NCBI RefSeq assembly: GCF_009914755.1
Contig: NC_060936.1
Direction: 5' to 3' (one strand)
Origin: the human T2T-CHM13v2.0 reference genome, Homo sapiens
DNA length: 64,000 nucleotides
Shown here: piece after piece, positions 31,771-44,712 of the stretch
Numbering within the stretch: position 1 is the stretch's first letter
Layout: every line of letters starts with the position of its first letter
Made by a program: the position numbers and the translations under genes
The notes under the pieces: model-generated
What the model was told of the DNA's origin: nothing
Database searches by the model: none
What the model saw: the letters and a program-made list of their open reading frames with translations, nothing else

Positions 31771-32340
31771 TCAGGGGGGTTGAAAGGGTTGCAGGAATTC
31801 CAGAAGCTTTTGCCATCCAGCCAAGCCCTTATTAACTTCAGGAAAAAAAAATAACTGTGAGATCTACAGATGTTTTAGGAAGGTGAGCAAAGGAGTCAGG
31901 GCTCCAAGTTGTCACCGTGTGTTGGGAGCTTCCTATTTACCACCAATACGCACAGCACACCAAACACTTGCCCTTATTCAGTGCTCCTGGCAGCCCTATG
32001 AGGAGGGAGGAGGGATCCCCATTCCACCTGACAGATGAGGAATTTGAAGGTCAGAAAAGTTGCCTTAACCAGCAGATGGCAGCGCCACATTCAACATCAT
32101 GCCATCTCGCTTCTGTAAAGAAAATTTAGGTAGCTTTGCAATACCCTTTCAAACCACTCCTGCCATGCAGAGAAATCTGGAGGGAACTCATATCTCTATA
32201 AAAATAATGAGTAGGAACTTGGAAAGACTCAAATTTCCCATCAGAGTCCCAAGCCTGTTCCTCTGGCTCCCAGCCTAGCTGTTGCCAGTCTCCCAGGAGT
32301 CCTGAAAACCTCGGTGGTTCTGGGACACTGTGTTAGTGTG

Positions 32341-32788
32341 TGTGTTAGTTCAGGTCCTCTGAGAAACAGATGCCAGGCAGGACCACACTTACAAGGATTG
32401 TACAGAGGGAAATGCTTGTGTGAGGGAAAATGAAAAGGGAGCTGGAAGAAGCTGGCAGAGCCGTCAGACTGAGATAGATGCATGTCCAACCTGGAGTGAA
32501 GGGGAGGTAGGACAGAGGCCTCCAAGACTGATGTGCAGTCCGGAGATAGATCTGCAAGGCCCTTGGGGAGTCCCAGAGCAAACTCACTGCTGGAGGAGTC
32601 CCGTGTCTCCCAGAAACAGGGCCTGCCTTCACATCCCTCCTCACTCAGTCTTTGGCTTGGAGCAAACAGTGGGAGGCCAGGCCTGGCAACAAAAAGCCAT
32701 GGGTGTCAGAGTAGCAGCTGGTGCCCTTGTAAAATCACACTCCCTGTAGTAGGAGGTTGGTGAGGCACAGACATTTTCAAGGCTCACA
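32341..32788 (-). mobile_element. ERVL LTR (LTR16-like)
   Basis: tgtgttagttcaggtcctctgagaaacagatgcca...gaggagtcccgtgtctccc. Confidence 0.7.
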
Positions 32789-32889
32789 GGAACTCAAGGC
32801 AGGTGAGTGTCCCCAGGGCTGCTCCAACCCAACCTCCATGCTGGGGTGACACTGTCGTCCAACTACCTTGGGGACTGGCAAAGTCCCAC

Positions 32890-33383
32890 TGAGGTAGAAG
32901 TCAAGACTCAACTCCAGAGGCAGGGCTCAGACATGGAACCAAATTGAGGACTAGCTAAAACAGAGACAGGGTGGAAGCCCTTTTCCATAAGACACGCCCA
33001 CTAGTGTGCCATGTCAGTTTACCATTGCCATAGCAACACTCAGAAGTTACCACCCCTTTCCGTGAAGTAACTGACCTGACAATCCAGAAGTGACCACTCT
33101 TTCTAGAAATTTCTGCATAATCTGCCCCTTAATTTGCATATAATATAATTGCATATAATTAAAAACGGGCATAAACATGACTGCAGAACTGCCCCTGAGC
33201 TGCTACTGTGGGCATACTGCCTGTGAGGTAGCCCTCTTCTGCAAGGATCTCTGCTGCTGCTGTACACTGCTGCCTCAATAAAAGTTGCTGACACCACGGG
33301 CTCATCCTTGAATTCTTTCCTGGGTGAAGCCAAGAACTCTCCTGAGCTAAGCCCCAGTTTTGGGGCTTGCCTGCCCTGCATCA
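32890..33383 (+). mobile_element. ERV1 solo LTR (MER66-like)
   Basis: TG...CA ends; aataaa; gccaagaactctcctgagctaagccccagttttggggc; 4-bp TSD ccac (32886-32889 and 33384-33387). Confidence 0.85.
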
Positions 33384-33694
33384 CCACCTGTGACCTCCCA
33401 GCTGCCAGTGGAGAAGGATGAGTGCCTGCATCTGGAAGATGACATGTAGACCACCCCTACAATGGGCAGTTCATGCTGGAAGCAGCTGGACCCAGTCCCT
33501 GGTCCTGGAGGTGGGAGGAGGAAAGGGAAGTGAAAGAATAGAGAAAGCCTTGCAGGGTCCTATGTCCAAAGCAACCTGGATACATGAGTCTCCCTGTCAA
33601 CAGGTTGCTTCTCTCACGCCGAGCATGTTGATGCACATGGTAGAGAGCCAGCCTGCATCTCCGTGGAGGTCATCCTGAAGTGAGGTCTGATACT

Positions 33695-33935
33695 CCAGTG
33701 GTTAAGAACTTAGGCACTGAGTCAGACCAACACGGATTTGAATTCTCACCTCCACTACTTACTCCGTGGGTGGCCTTGGGGAAGATAAAGTCACCTTGCT
33801 GGGCCTTAGTTTATTCATCTGTAAAATGGGTTCAACACCACCTCCCACGGTTGTTGTGGAAAATAAAAGAGAGAAAGTTTGTAAAGTGGTTAGCCCTTCC
33901 CCTGCCCCACTGTCCTCATCCAATAAATGCTAGTC
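33695..33935 (+). mobile_element. MIR
   Basis: cagtggttaagaac...ggatttgaattc...catctgtaaaatggg...caataaatgctag. Confidence 0.85.
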
Positions 33936-34144
33936 TAAGTTCCATTCTCACATTAAGAAATGAAAAAATAACCACCTTATAGAATTGTAAAAATGGAGGG
34001 AGGTAATGTATATTAAACAATTAGCACAGAAACTGGCACATGGACGCTACTATAATCATTTTGGTATCATAAATAATAACCAAGATAATTATCTCCTGAC
34101 AGAGCTATCGGCTGGGGCCAGATGGACCCTCTAAGTGTGTCAAA

Positions 34145-34605
34145 GTTCGATCAGGTCAGCATCCCAACTGGAAGCAGATAACAGACTCAAACTGGATAAT
34201 GTCAAGGAGGCACTGTTTACAAAGCTGTGGGTGGAGTGTGGGGAAAACACAGAGGATAGTGAAGCACCACAGAGCTGCTGCCAGTGTGAACTGTTACCAT
34301 CCCAAAGGCCTGCGGGGCAAGGGCAGGGAGCAGTTCCCTCCGGAGGAGGCTGTCTGCAGAGAGGCTGCTTACCAGGGACTGTGACCTTAAGCTGAGGGAC
34401 ACAGCAACCCCAACAGCAAGGGAGCTAGGGGGTCCATGCCTAACCCTACTCTCCCGCCAAGGCTCCCATTGGCCAAGGCCACCAGAAAGCCAGGGGCTCA
34501 GGGACTGGTCTGTGAAGTGACAGAGGTCAGCACCCCACGGCAGGGAGCTGGATGGAGAAGGGTGGACAGTGAATCTGGAGGGGAAAATGGGAGACACTCA
34601 GCTCA
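34145..34605 (-). mobile_element. ERVL LTR (LTR67B-like)
   Basis: tttacaaagctgtggg...ctgttaccatccc...ggagaagggtggacagtgaatctggagggg. Confidence 0.7.
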
Positions 34606-34774
34606 TTATCGGAATCAGCTGGGTAATGCTGGCTGCTTGGGGACCCCAAACCCTGAAACTCCCATGCCCCCCCCATTCTCAAGTTTGTGACCAACAGTAG
34701 TAATCTAGTGATAGTTCTGGCAATGGCAAATGCTCAGCATGTAAAAGTACAAGGGCTTGCGCAAGAACATACAA

Positions 34775-35165
34775 GCAACATGCACTGAGCACCTATAACA
34801 TAAGAGTCCCAGTGAACAGGCCACACAAAGTTCCTGCCCTTCCAGATCACAGAGTGGCGTGGAGCACACAGACAAGTAGACAGGCAATGGCAGAGTCGTG
34901 GGACAGAGAAAGCCCGGAGACAGTTGTGGGGACTCACAGCAAAGAAAACCAGGAACACCTCCGGGAGAAAGGGGAGCCTACACAGGATGGGAAGGAAGAG
35001 AGGAGAAGAGGTCAAGTGAAGAAGGTCAAGGTCCTGGGGGCAAGAGGGAGTGGGGCTTAAAGTAGCTTTAAATAGCTCATCTGGCTGGAGTGCAGCATTT
35101 GAGGCAAAAGTGGTGAGAGATGAGCCTGGACAGGAAGGCTGGGGCCAGGTCACATAGGGCCTCGG
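34775..35165 (-). mobile_element. L2 fragment
   Basis: actgagcaccta...gttcctgcccttccag...ggggccaggtcacatagggcct. Confidence 0.6.
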
Positions 35166-35340
35166 GGAGAGAGAGAGAGAGAGAGAGAGAGAGGGAAGGG
35201 ACGCACATGTGTTGGAAGGGATCAAGTGAACAGGAATGGAGCTCTGCTTGGAACCCAGAGATGGGGTGGGAGTGTGTCTAGTATCTAATTTCTGCTGGCA
35301 TGAGCAGCCGGGAGAAGCACATGTATGACCTGACCTGGGA

Positions 35341-35353
35341 GGTCAAAGTGACC
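35341..35353. promoter_or_regulatory. Perfect consensus estrogen response element GGTCAaagTGACC (function untested)
   Basis: Exact GGTCAnnnTGACC palindrome in non-repeat DNA, with extra TGACCT half-sites at 35326-35336. Confidence 0.5.
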
Positions 35354-35551
35354 CACAAACAGGTGAACACCCCGATCCTTCTATTTCCAATCAGGAGGTT
35401 GTTTTCAGAGCTCAGCAGCTTCCTCCCCTCTACCAAATCCACCCACAGTCATAATCTCCCAAATATCTTCCCCCCTTACCTCCCCTTGCAGAACCAAGAG
35501 CTCACCCAGCTGCCAAAAGGCAGCAGATGGAGACAAGTTGGAGGTGGTGGT

Positions 35552-35581
35552 GGGGGGAGGGGTGGGGCGGGGCGGGGCGGG
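35552..35581 (+). other. G-quadruplex-forming tract / tandem GC boxes
   Basis: GGGGGG a GGGG t GGGG c GGGG c GGGG c GGG: six G-runs with 1-nt loops. Confidence 0.75.
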
Positions 35582-35899
35582 AAGAATACTTCAGGACTCT
35601 GAAGATGACACAACACAGCTTACTCAGGAGACAGAAATGTGATCTGTCCTCCTGGGGGCTGGCACTACTAGGGGGGCAATGAGCTGCCAGGTATAATTAG
35701 ACTAAGCCCCAGCAACAGGCTCTCTGCCCCATTCATGTCAGCACCCTCTTTCTGGCGTCTGCTTCTGGTCCCTATGCAGCACAGCTTTATCCAGTGACTG
35801 AACTGGAAGAGCCTCACAGCACAGAAGAGTCCTGTGGTTTGTTCCCCTTACTGTCATTACACTAGGAAAATTAATAATTATTAATAATGATTGATGACA

Positions 35900-36450
35900 A
35901 CAGAAATAATAATAATGCAATCATAGCAATTGCTTTTTGAGTATATACTTTGTGGCAGATACTTGGCAAGGTATTTAACATACATAACCTCATCTAATCC
36001 ACCCAACAAGCCTAGGGGGAAGGTAATATATCCTCATTTTCCAGATGATGATAATGAGATTCAGAGAACATTAAGTGATAAAAGCAGAAATTAGGCCAGA
36101 TACAGTGGCTCACACTCATAATCCCAGCACTTTGGGAGGCCGAAGTGGGCAGATCACCTGAGGTTGGGAGTTCAAGACCAGCATGGTCAACACAGTGAAA
36201 CCCCGTCTCTACTAAAAACACAAAAATTAGCCTGGCATGGTGGCAAGTGCTGGTAATCCAAGCTACTTGGGAGGCTGACGCATGAGAGTCACTTGAATCT
36301 GGGAGGCAGAGATTGCAGCGAGTCAAGATTGTGACACTGCACTCCAGCCTGGGTGACAGAGCAAGACTGTCTAAAAGAAAAAAAAAAAAAGCAGAAATGG
36401 AACTTAGGTTGTCTGGACTTCTAAGCACAGGTTCTTAACTGCTCTGTCCT
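35900..36450 (-). mobile_element. MIR split by Alu
   Basis: cctcatctaatccacccaacaagcct...cctcattttccagatga. Confidence 0.7.
36094..36390 (+). mobile_element. AluS
   Basis: Full dimer; TSD aaaagcagaaat. Confidence 0.95.
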
Positions 36451-37674
36451 GTGGATCTCCCCTCCCACCGGACACCAGCAACTTGATCTGCTTCTGAAAT
36501 GTGTTGTCATTGTTCCAGGTTGGGAGTCAGTTCCAAGCTCTAGTCTAGGATTCTGAGAGCTGGATTCAGAGGATTCTAACCCACAACTAATGAGTCTTTA
36601 TCATCCAGGTTGATGCAGCCTTGCATAAATGGTGGATATAGTAGGAGAAAGGTGAAAAGGAAAATTGGCCCCTGACCTTGGAAGGCATTAAAGGTGTTTG
36701 ATGGAGACAGTGAAACAAACTGAGCTGGCCTCTGTTTTGATGTCTGTAGGTCTGAACACCCTTCTCCAAGCCTAACATTTGTAACAGGCTCCACGCATAT
36801 GTACTCAGATCTAGCAAGCATTTATTGGGCCCCTGCTGGACAAAGTAGGCTACTACAGACACTATGCAAAATGAGGAAGAGTCCAAGTGATCACTTTCCA
36901 GGAGGGTCTAATCCCTGAGGCAGGAAGCAGTTTCCCCAAGTAATGCAAAAATGGTAGTCACTGCCTGAACTTCTAATGGCTGCAAACTGCTGCTTTGTGG
37001 CTTCTAAAGCAGGCAGGTGCGTTCGAGAGAGCAGGTGTCCTGATATCCCAACATTCAGCATCCACTATTTTCCCACATCTTCACATACAAAAAAAAAAAT
37101 AATCCCTACATCTTTCTCCAGCTCCATCTATCCTTGAGGTAGGAACTAATTACCCCCTGTAACTTCAGGATGATCAGCATGATTTGGGGCAGACACGCAC
37201 ACAGAGGCTGATAAAGTCTTTTCTGATGTAAATCAGACAATTCCTTCCTAGATCAGAATGCCTTGTTTACTCATTAGTGGAGCTTTGGACACTAGCAGCA
37301 GACAGACTGGCTCCAGGGCATTTAAAAGGTCAAGAATCAGGAGCCCAGGAAGTCAGATCAACTGGGATTCAGACCAACAGAGCATCCAGGGGTAAGGGTG
37401 GTTTTCTAAATGCACCAACAGTGCACTTTGTCCTGGAAAAGAATGTGATCCAGCAGTCAGAGACAAGCCTCTCTAGGAAATGGCCTTTCTCTCCAGCCCA
37501 AGGTGGCTAATAACCCTTGGGTTCCTGTCTTCAACTGGAAGCCTTGCCTGAAATCACTTTGACCTTGAGGAAACCAAGACTGCCTTGGGGAAACTGAGCC
37601 AATAAAAAAAAGGAATCCTGTATAGTCTGGAACCCACTACAATCCACAAGAATGATCTCTTATTCCAACCAAAT

Positions 37675-37905
37675 AGGATAGTAATGACTTAAACTAACAA
37701 GCAGGGACAATTTAGCTCACTTTTGTGCACCAGACATTCCTACTAAACACCCAACACGAATCCTTATTTAACACAACAGTCCTAAGAAGTACCTATGTTT
37801 GTCCTCATGTAATGGATGAGGCTCAAAGAGGTTAAATCATTCACTCAAAGTTATCCAGCTAGTTCAATGGTGGAGCTGAATTTGAACCCAGGTCTCTGCA
37901 AATCC
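37675..37905 (-). mobile_element. MIR
   Basis: gaggctcaaagaggttaaat...agctgaatttgaacccaggtct. Confidence 0.75.
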
Positions 37906-38309
37906 AGGTTGGCCTAATCCACTCTGGTGGGAAGAAATAGCTGTTACCCAGCATTGGGGAGTTATAAAGGTGTTGGGGCAGTGAGCTTGGTGAAGCCCAG
38001 ATTTGAGAGAAAGGATATATGTGTTTGTTGTTTGTTTTTCCCAGCACCATTCAGAAGAAAGAGTGCCCCGACAGGCTGAACCGGTTATATTGTGATGGAC
38101 TTAGAGGATGGATGGATGACTCACCACCTGAAGGTTTTAAAGCTGGTAGAAAACACAAATAGAAACTTGTTGGCTAGCATCTTAGAAAAAAAAATCTCCC
38201 TGTTCTATAGACATAGAAACCACGCCACAGATGGAAAGTGTCCTGCCCGAATATGGACTTAGATTGCTGGGGTTTTTCCTGGTTTCCAGAACAATGCTTT
38301 TTCAAATAA

Positions 38310-38550
38310 CAACAGCAGCAATAGTAGTAGTCCACATTTTACTCAGTGCTATGTGTCAGGCTCTGTCCTAGGTATTTTATGTACATTACGTTGTTCAATT
38401 TTCACAAAAGCCTCATGGGTAAGTTCCAAAGCTCCAAGAAGTTGAGTCAATTGCCTAAATCACACAATTAGAAAAAGGCAAGGATTAGATTTTAAAACAG
38501 AGACAGCCTGACTCCAAAATCTGAACTCGTAACTCCTAACCTGTACTTCC
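38310..38550 (-). mobile_element. MIR
   Basis: ctatgtgtcaggctctgtcctagg...ttgcctaaatcacacaattag. Confidence 0.7.
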
Positions 38551-38949
38551 TCTTTAGAGTAACAGTCACTCAAGTGTTCAGCCAGAACACTAAGCAGAAT
38601 GTTCCAGGTGAATGAGAGACTGCCTTCCTTTCATGAGCTAAACAGCTCATCAAAGAGACAGACACATACATAGGTAATTTAATACAGTGTAAACATGCTT
38701 TAATGGGGGAGGAAGCAAATAACAGTTTCAGTGAGTTGGACAAAGACCACCAAGAGATGTTCCATGAGCTGAGTTTCAAGGGATAAGTAGGTGGTGTTTG
38801 CTTAATGAAGAAGGGAAAAGCATTCCAACAGAGGGAACAGCAACGCATGAGGAGAGAGCTAGGAAGCATGATGTGTCTCTAGAGAAAAAGAAATTCTAAT
38901 TGGCTAGGGTATTAAGTAGGAAACAGAAACAGATGAGGCTATGGAAAAA

Positions 38950-39705
<756 letters not shown>

Positions 39706-41097
39706 AGAGAGAGAAGGAGAGAGGAGAGGAGACAGAGAAAAGAGAGGATAAAAAGTCTGATTTGGATCTAAGTCTGAAGGACTATGTAGCCTGGCTAAGG
39801 AAATCAGACTCTACAGGGCAGGAGAGAAGCTGTTGAGATGTTAGAGGGGTGATCTGACACAGCTTGATCTGAGGAAGATCACTCTGGACTCTAAAGGAAG
39901 ATGGAGAACTAGGAAAAGACAAGGAGGACAATTAGAAGCATAGTACCCAGGAGCTGGGTACTATTCCGTTAGGGCAGTCGCCACAGAAAAATTTTTATAA
40001 AAGGGGTAGGAACATTTCAGCTTGCAGAATTTGGAATGTCTGGATGTCAACTATGATGTGGAAGGTAGGGGCAAGGGAAGGGTGTGGACAACTCTGAGGT
40101 TTCTGGGTGACCATGTAAATGCCCGTATCCTTAATAAAGATGGTAACTTTTATTTTAAGGGGGGCATGTTTAGGGACACAGGAGGGAGTTAGAGCAATTA
40201 GTTTAAGTTTATATATGGTGAGCTTGAAGTACTTTTGAGACATCCAGGAGTGAGGGGCAGATGAATAAGGACAGAAAAGAAATTGGGGACAGAGAGAAAT
40301 GCAAGAAACAAGAGTAGTTATACAAGTTATAATTTGTATACAATGGCCAATTACACAAGTTGCCATTGATAACGTGCTTCCTATGTACTTCCTATCTCTT
40401 GATCCTCACAATGCCCCCTGAGGGAGATGTCCTTATAGAGGGCCACATAAGTTGCTCAAATCATCCAACTGGTAAGGGAGGAACCAAGATTCAAACTCAG
40501 GCCAACTAACCACAATGCTGAGAAAAAGATTCCTGACTACCATCCCACGAAGTGGATAGGAGCCCTCCAGGTGAGAATGTGCACTGAGCCTAGCCAAAGC
40601 TTCCATTGGCCCATAGCCCCAGAGTCAGGGTCTCCTGCCTCCTAGTGCAATTCAAATTAATAAAACCGGATTGAGAACCACAGACTTCAGGAAGCACCCA
40701 GTTTTAAAGAACAGGGTCTGCCCCTCCAGAGCTCACACACAAATTCCAGGCCATCTTTGGACTCACTGATTTGAAGAATCCTACATGCCATGAAGGGATT
40801 CCTCAAGGCTAAGTTTGGACTTGGTACCAAAATAGACTCACCTCTCACTATAAACCAATTCTGGGTCTATTGTGTATAATATAGTAGTCTTGTATAGGTA
40901 GCAGCAACCTGAATCTGTCCTGAAGACACAATTCCTCAACAACTCACTCAACAAGCATGTGTTAATTGCTAGCTACGTGCTAGGCATTGTGATAGGCACT
41001 GGCAAATACAAGTGTTTAAAAACATAGTGCTTAAAGTATCAACAAAGCAAGGGTACCATAAAACTGAGGGAAAAAAATATCTTTTAAAAATTTCATA

Positions 41098-41424
41098 TTT
41101 TATGGCTGCATAGTATTCCATGGTGTTGAAGCTGGAAACCATCATTCTCAGCAAACTAACACAGGAACAGAAAACCAAACATTGCATGTTCTCACTCATA
41201 AGTGGGAGTTGAACAATGGGAACACATGGACACAGGGAGGGGAACATCACACACCAGGGCCTGTTGGGGGGATGGGGGGCAAGCGGAGGGATAGCATTAG
41301 GAGAAATACCTAATGTAGATGACGGGTTGATGGGTGCAGCAAACCACCATGGCACACGTATACCTATGTAACAAACCTGCACGTTCTGCACATGTATCCC
41401 AGAATTTAAAGTATAATTAAAAAA
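41098..41424 (+). mobile_element. L1PA (PA7/8-like) 3' UTR with a short 5' inversion (41098-41126)
   Basis: Antisense ttttatggctgcatagtattccatggtgt joined to sense tgaagctggaaaccatc...aaagtataat. Confidence 0.92.
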
Positions 41425-41444
41425 GAATTTTATATTTTATATCT

Positions 41445-41650
41445 ACTGTAGTTATTAACAATGTATTGTATACTTAAAAATTGGTAAAAGTAGATTTTAA
41501 GATTTTAAGCATTCTCAGCACAAAAAAAAAAATGGTAAGTATGTGAGGTAATGCATACATTAATTAGCTTGATTTAGCCATTTCACAATGTATACATATT
41601 TCAAAGCATATTATATACCATAAATATTTTTTGTCAATTAAAAAAATAGA
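41445..41650 (+). mobile_element. L1MA-type 3' end
   Basis: aagtatgtgaggtaatgcatacattaattagcttgatttagccattt. Confidence 0.85.
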
Positions 41651-41839
41651 ATATATTTATAAATGAGTTGTAATAGCAAAAAAAAAAAAGAAAGAAACTT
41701 AAAAAACAAGTAATTATCACAGTAAAAATCAGAATTTAAATGGCACCATACTATTCTCAGTAATATGAGTCTCTAAGGAAAGACATTGGTCTCTGCCTTT
41801 CTGGAACTGGGTGAAATATATGTTAGGGGAGATTTGAAT

Positions 41840-42030
41840 ATGGTAGAATTTTTGAGTTATACGTGTCTTGGTTCAAATCCCAGTTCTGCCACCTTCCGAC
41901 TATGTGATCCTTAAATTATGAGTCTTAGTTTATTCATTTGTAAAATGTAGATAGAATCAACTTAGAGTTGTTATAGGGACTCATAAAGTAGTGTCAGGAA
42001 AGTGTATGGCGGAAGTCAATATAAATCAAA
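41840..42030 (+). mobile_element. MIR
   Basis: ggttcaaatcccagttctgccac...catttgtaaaatg. Confidence 0.75.
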
Positions 42031-42060
42031 TCTTACTATGAGACTTTCCTTCTCCTAGGC

Positions 42061-42620
42061 TGTATTAGTTATCTATCACTACATTAAAAAATCACCATGA
42101 ACTTAGAACCTTAAAACAACACACATGTATTATCTCACAGTTTCAGCATTAGGAATCAGGCATCATTTGCCTGGGTTCCCTTTCTTAGATCTCTCATAAA
42201 CCTGAAATCAAGACACTGGCCAGGGTTAAGGTCTCATCTGAAAGCTCAGTGGAGAAGATTGCACTTCCAAGCTCACTTATGTTGTTGGCAGGATTAATTT
42301 CCTTTGGGATATTAGACTGTGAGACTCAGTTCAAGCTGGCTGGTAGCCAGAAGCCACCCTCAGTTTCTTGTCACATGGGCATCCCCAACATGGCAACTAG
42401 CTTTACTAAAGCCAGCAAAGGAGAGAGTTTGCTAGCAAGACAGCAGTTCCAAGCTTATATGATGTAATCATGGAGGTAACATTCCATCTCCTTTTCCATA
42501 TTCCACTGCCTAGAAGCAAGTCGCAGGTCCTGCCCACACTCAATAGCAGAGGATTTCACAAAAGTGTGAAGAGTGGGGTTGGGGGCCAATGGGGCCATCT
42601 TATATAGCCTGTCTACCACA
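42061..42620 (-). mobile_element. MaLR solo LTR (MLT1F-like)
   Basis: tgtattagttatctat...cacttccaagctcact...tagaagcaagtcgcaggtcctgcccacactcaa...ctaccaca. Confidence 0.85.
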
Positions 42621-43169
42621 CTGGCTGACATTTCTCACTCCTTCAGCACAGTCCTCTACTATTGGCACATCAAAAAGGATGCACCTGCTTTTCAACCCAA
42701 AAGATCTGTGGCATTAAGGCCCCCACCAACATGGCAGTATAGGTTGGCCACCTGCTGAAAGGCATCTGCAAATCCAATGTCCTTGTCTTTGAACAAGACT
42801 GAATATAGGCGTATACCTGCCTTCTGAGATACACATAAGCTTCATGATCTAACTTGATGTGTGTCATCTCATCTAAAGGCAGATTAAACTTTGCTTACAG
42901 ATACTTTCATAAAATGAAAGTGTCCTATTTGAGATTAGGCAGAATCACATAAAACTTAACACTTTTGAGACCAAGTTACATTTATTCATTCAGCAAATAT
43001 TTAATGAATATTTACTTAGTGCCAGCACCACTCTGGAGATTGAGCATACTGTTGTAAACAGAACAGAGAAAGCCTTCATCCTGGAGCTCACATTCTATTG
43101 GAGGAGGGGTTAGGGAGAGACAGTAAAATAATTACACAGCATGTTTGGCAATGTTAATAATGTATCAAA

Positions 43170-43984
43170 TGTGACTCCATTATAAAGTTTAAACATGAAA
43201 TTTTAAATCCATGGTTTATTACCAAATATGAGAATTACTTTTAAAAGTTCATTGACAATCCCAGTAACTACTGCCTCAAACAGAACGAAGTTTCTCCAAA
43301 TTGAAATTGTTTTAAACTATGAATATCTTAGTTGAGGTAGCAAGTACATGAGTATACACATTTGTCACAATGCACTAAAATGTTACATTTAGAATGTGTG
43401 CTTTTTATGGAATATATAATTTATACATCTAATAAGTTTATGAATTATACATCTAATAAAGCAAATAAAAATAGAAAAACAAATAAAAATTAATTTCAGA
43501 AAGAAACTACCTAAGAAGTACCATCCCTGAAGACAGATTTTCCCAGTTTGACATCATCATTGATAGATCACAAATTATCTGAAAATACTGATTATAACCA
43601 TATAGTTAGCCATTGTGCTGTCATGAGAACAAGAAAATAGGTATTGCATTATGAATATACAGCAGTTTGTGAAATACATATGCCTTGAGTTTACTGCTTA
43701 TGCAAACATCATTGGCCTGTAAACTGAACACCAAGTCTCATACAATAATTACATTCAGTCATCTTTGATATTTTGCTAAACTTCAGTTATATAGAAACCA
43801 TATTATTACACAGAAAAATTGTATTTTGTTGTTTTCAGATGTTTATGTACACATTGGAGCTCAGGACATATTTTATTCAACAGTTTGTTAGTTTGCATTA
43901 TAACATTTAAATTTTAGACAGTTAGTGTGTGGACTGCCCTGTATTCTCTTGCCTGGAGTCTCACCAATGTCAAAGATGGACCTG
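43170..43984 (+). mobile_element. hAT (Tip100/Zaphod-like) DNA transposon relic: transposase C-terminus and right end, interrupted by an L1 fragment (~43321-43500)
   Basis: Frameshifted translation LTIPVTTAS/TERSFSKLKL...NYLRSTIPEDRF...RK* resembles the hAT C-terminal dimerisation domain; 43860-43984 resembles the Zaphod/MER115 terminus. Strand is the transposase coding strand. Confidence 0.8.
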
Positions 43985-44024
43985 CCCAGTAGCTCTTCTT
44001 TCACCTTGAAGGTAACACAGGGCA

Positions 44025-44200
44025 CCGGTTGAAAGCAAAGCCACAAGAATCACTAAGTTAAGTCCAGTTCTGTCCTGCACAGCTGTGTGTCCTGGGGCAA
44101 GGCACTCTCTGCTCAGAGCCTCACTTTCCCCACCTGTAAAATGGAGCTGATAGAAGATACTTTGTCGGGATACAGGGACATTGGTGGACGGTAAGTGAGA
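44025..44200 (+). mobile_element. MIR
   Basis: agctgtgtgtcctggggcaag...agcctcactttccccacctgtaaaatgg. Confidence 0.75.
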
Positions 44201-44599
44201 AAACAGCCTGTAACTAAGTTAGCCCTGATCCTGACAGACCATAAATCCTAAAAATAAATTATCTATCACTAGTGTTATGGTGGAAACAAAAAAACCCTCT
44301 GGCCCTTCTTTGTGCAGAATTCCTTTTGGGTGTTTATGGGAGGGCACGTCTGGGAGGCAAGGAATTTAGAGAGCTGGGAATGGCTATGGAATAAAAGGTG
44401 AGGCTGGAATACAAGGCAGAAGCAGCAGAGAGATCAGAGCTGAGGCTCTGGGAACTGGAGAGATGACCGTTAGTGGGTTAACCAGGGCTCAGCCCCACCA
44501 TCCGTCAGAAGAGGCTGACTCCATTTGTGATTCATGGGGCCGGGGCCTGGGCCTGCCTGGGGGCTGAAGACGGCTGCATCACAGATGCTAGGGGCCACC

Positions 44600-44712
44600 A
44601 GTACTGCCCAGGAAGCTTGTAAAAATGCAGGTTCCCAGGACCCACCCCCAGAAATTCTGATTCAGCAGATCCCAGGATGGGGCCTAGGACCCTGATATTT
44701 TACAAGCATCTG
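44600..44712. mobile_element. MER5A-like hAT-Charlie fragment
   Basis: gcttgtaaaaatgcaggttcccaggacccacccccagaaattctgattcag. Confidence 0.75.

Noticed and set aside
32800-32808. Consensus donor CAG/GTGAGT next to the LTR16-like element
   Set aside because: It is an isolated motif with no supportable upstream exon or promoter.
33695-33760. tRNA-like A/B boxes (cagtggttaag...ggatttgaattc)
   Set aside because: This is the tRNA-derived head of a MIR; there is no cloverleaf.
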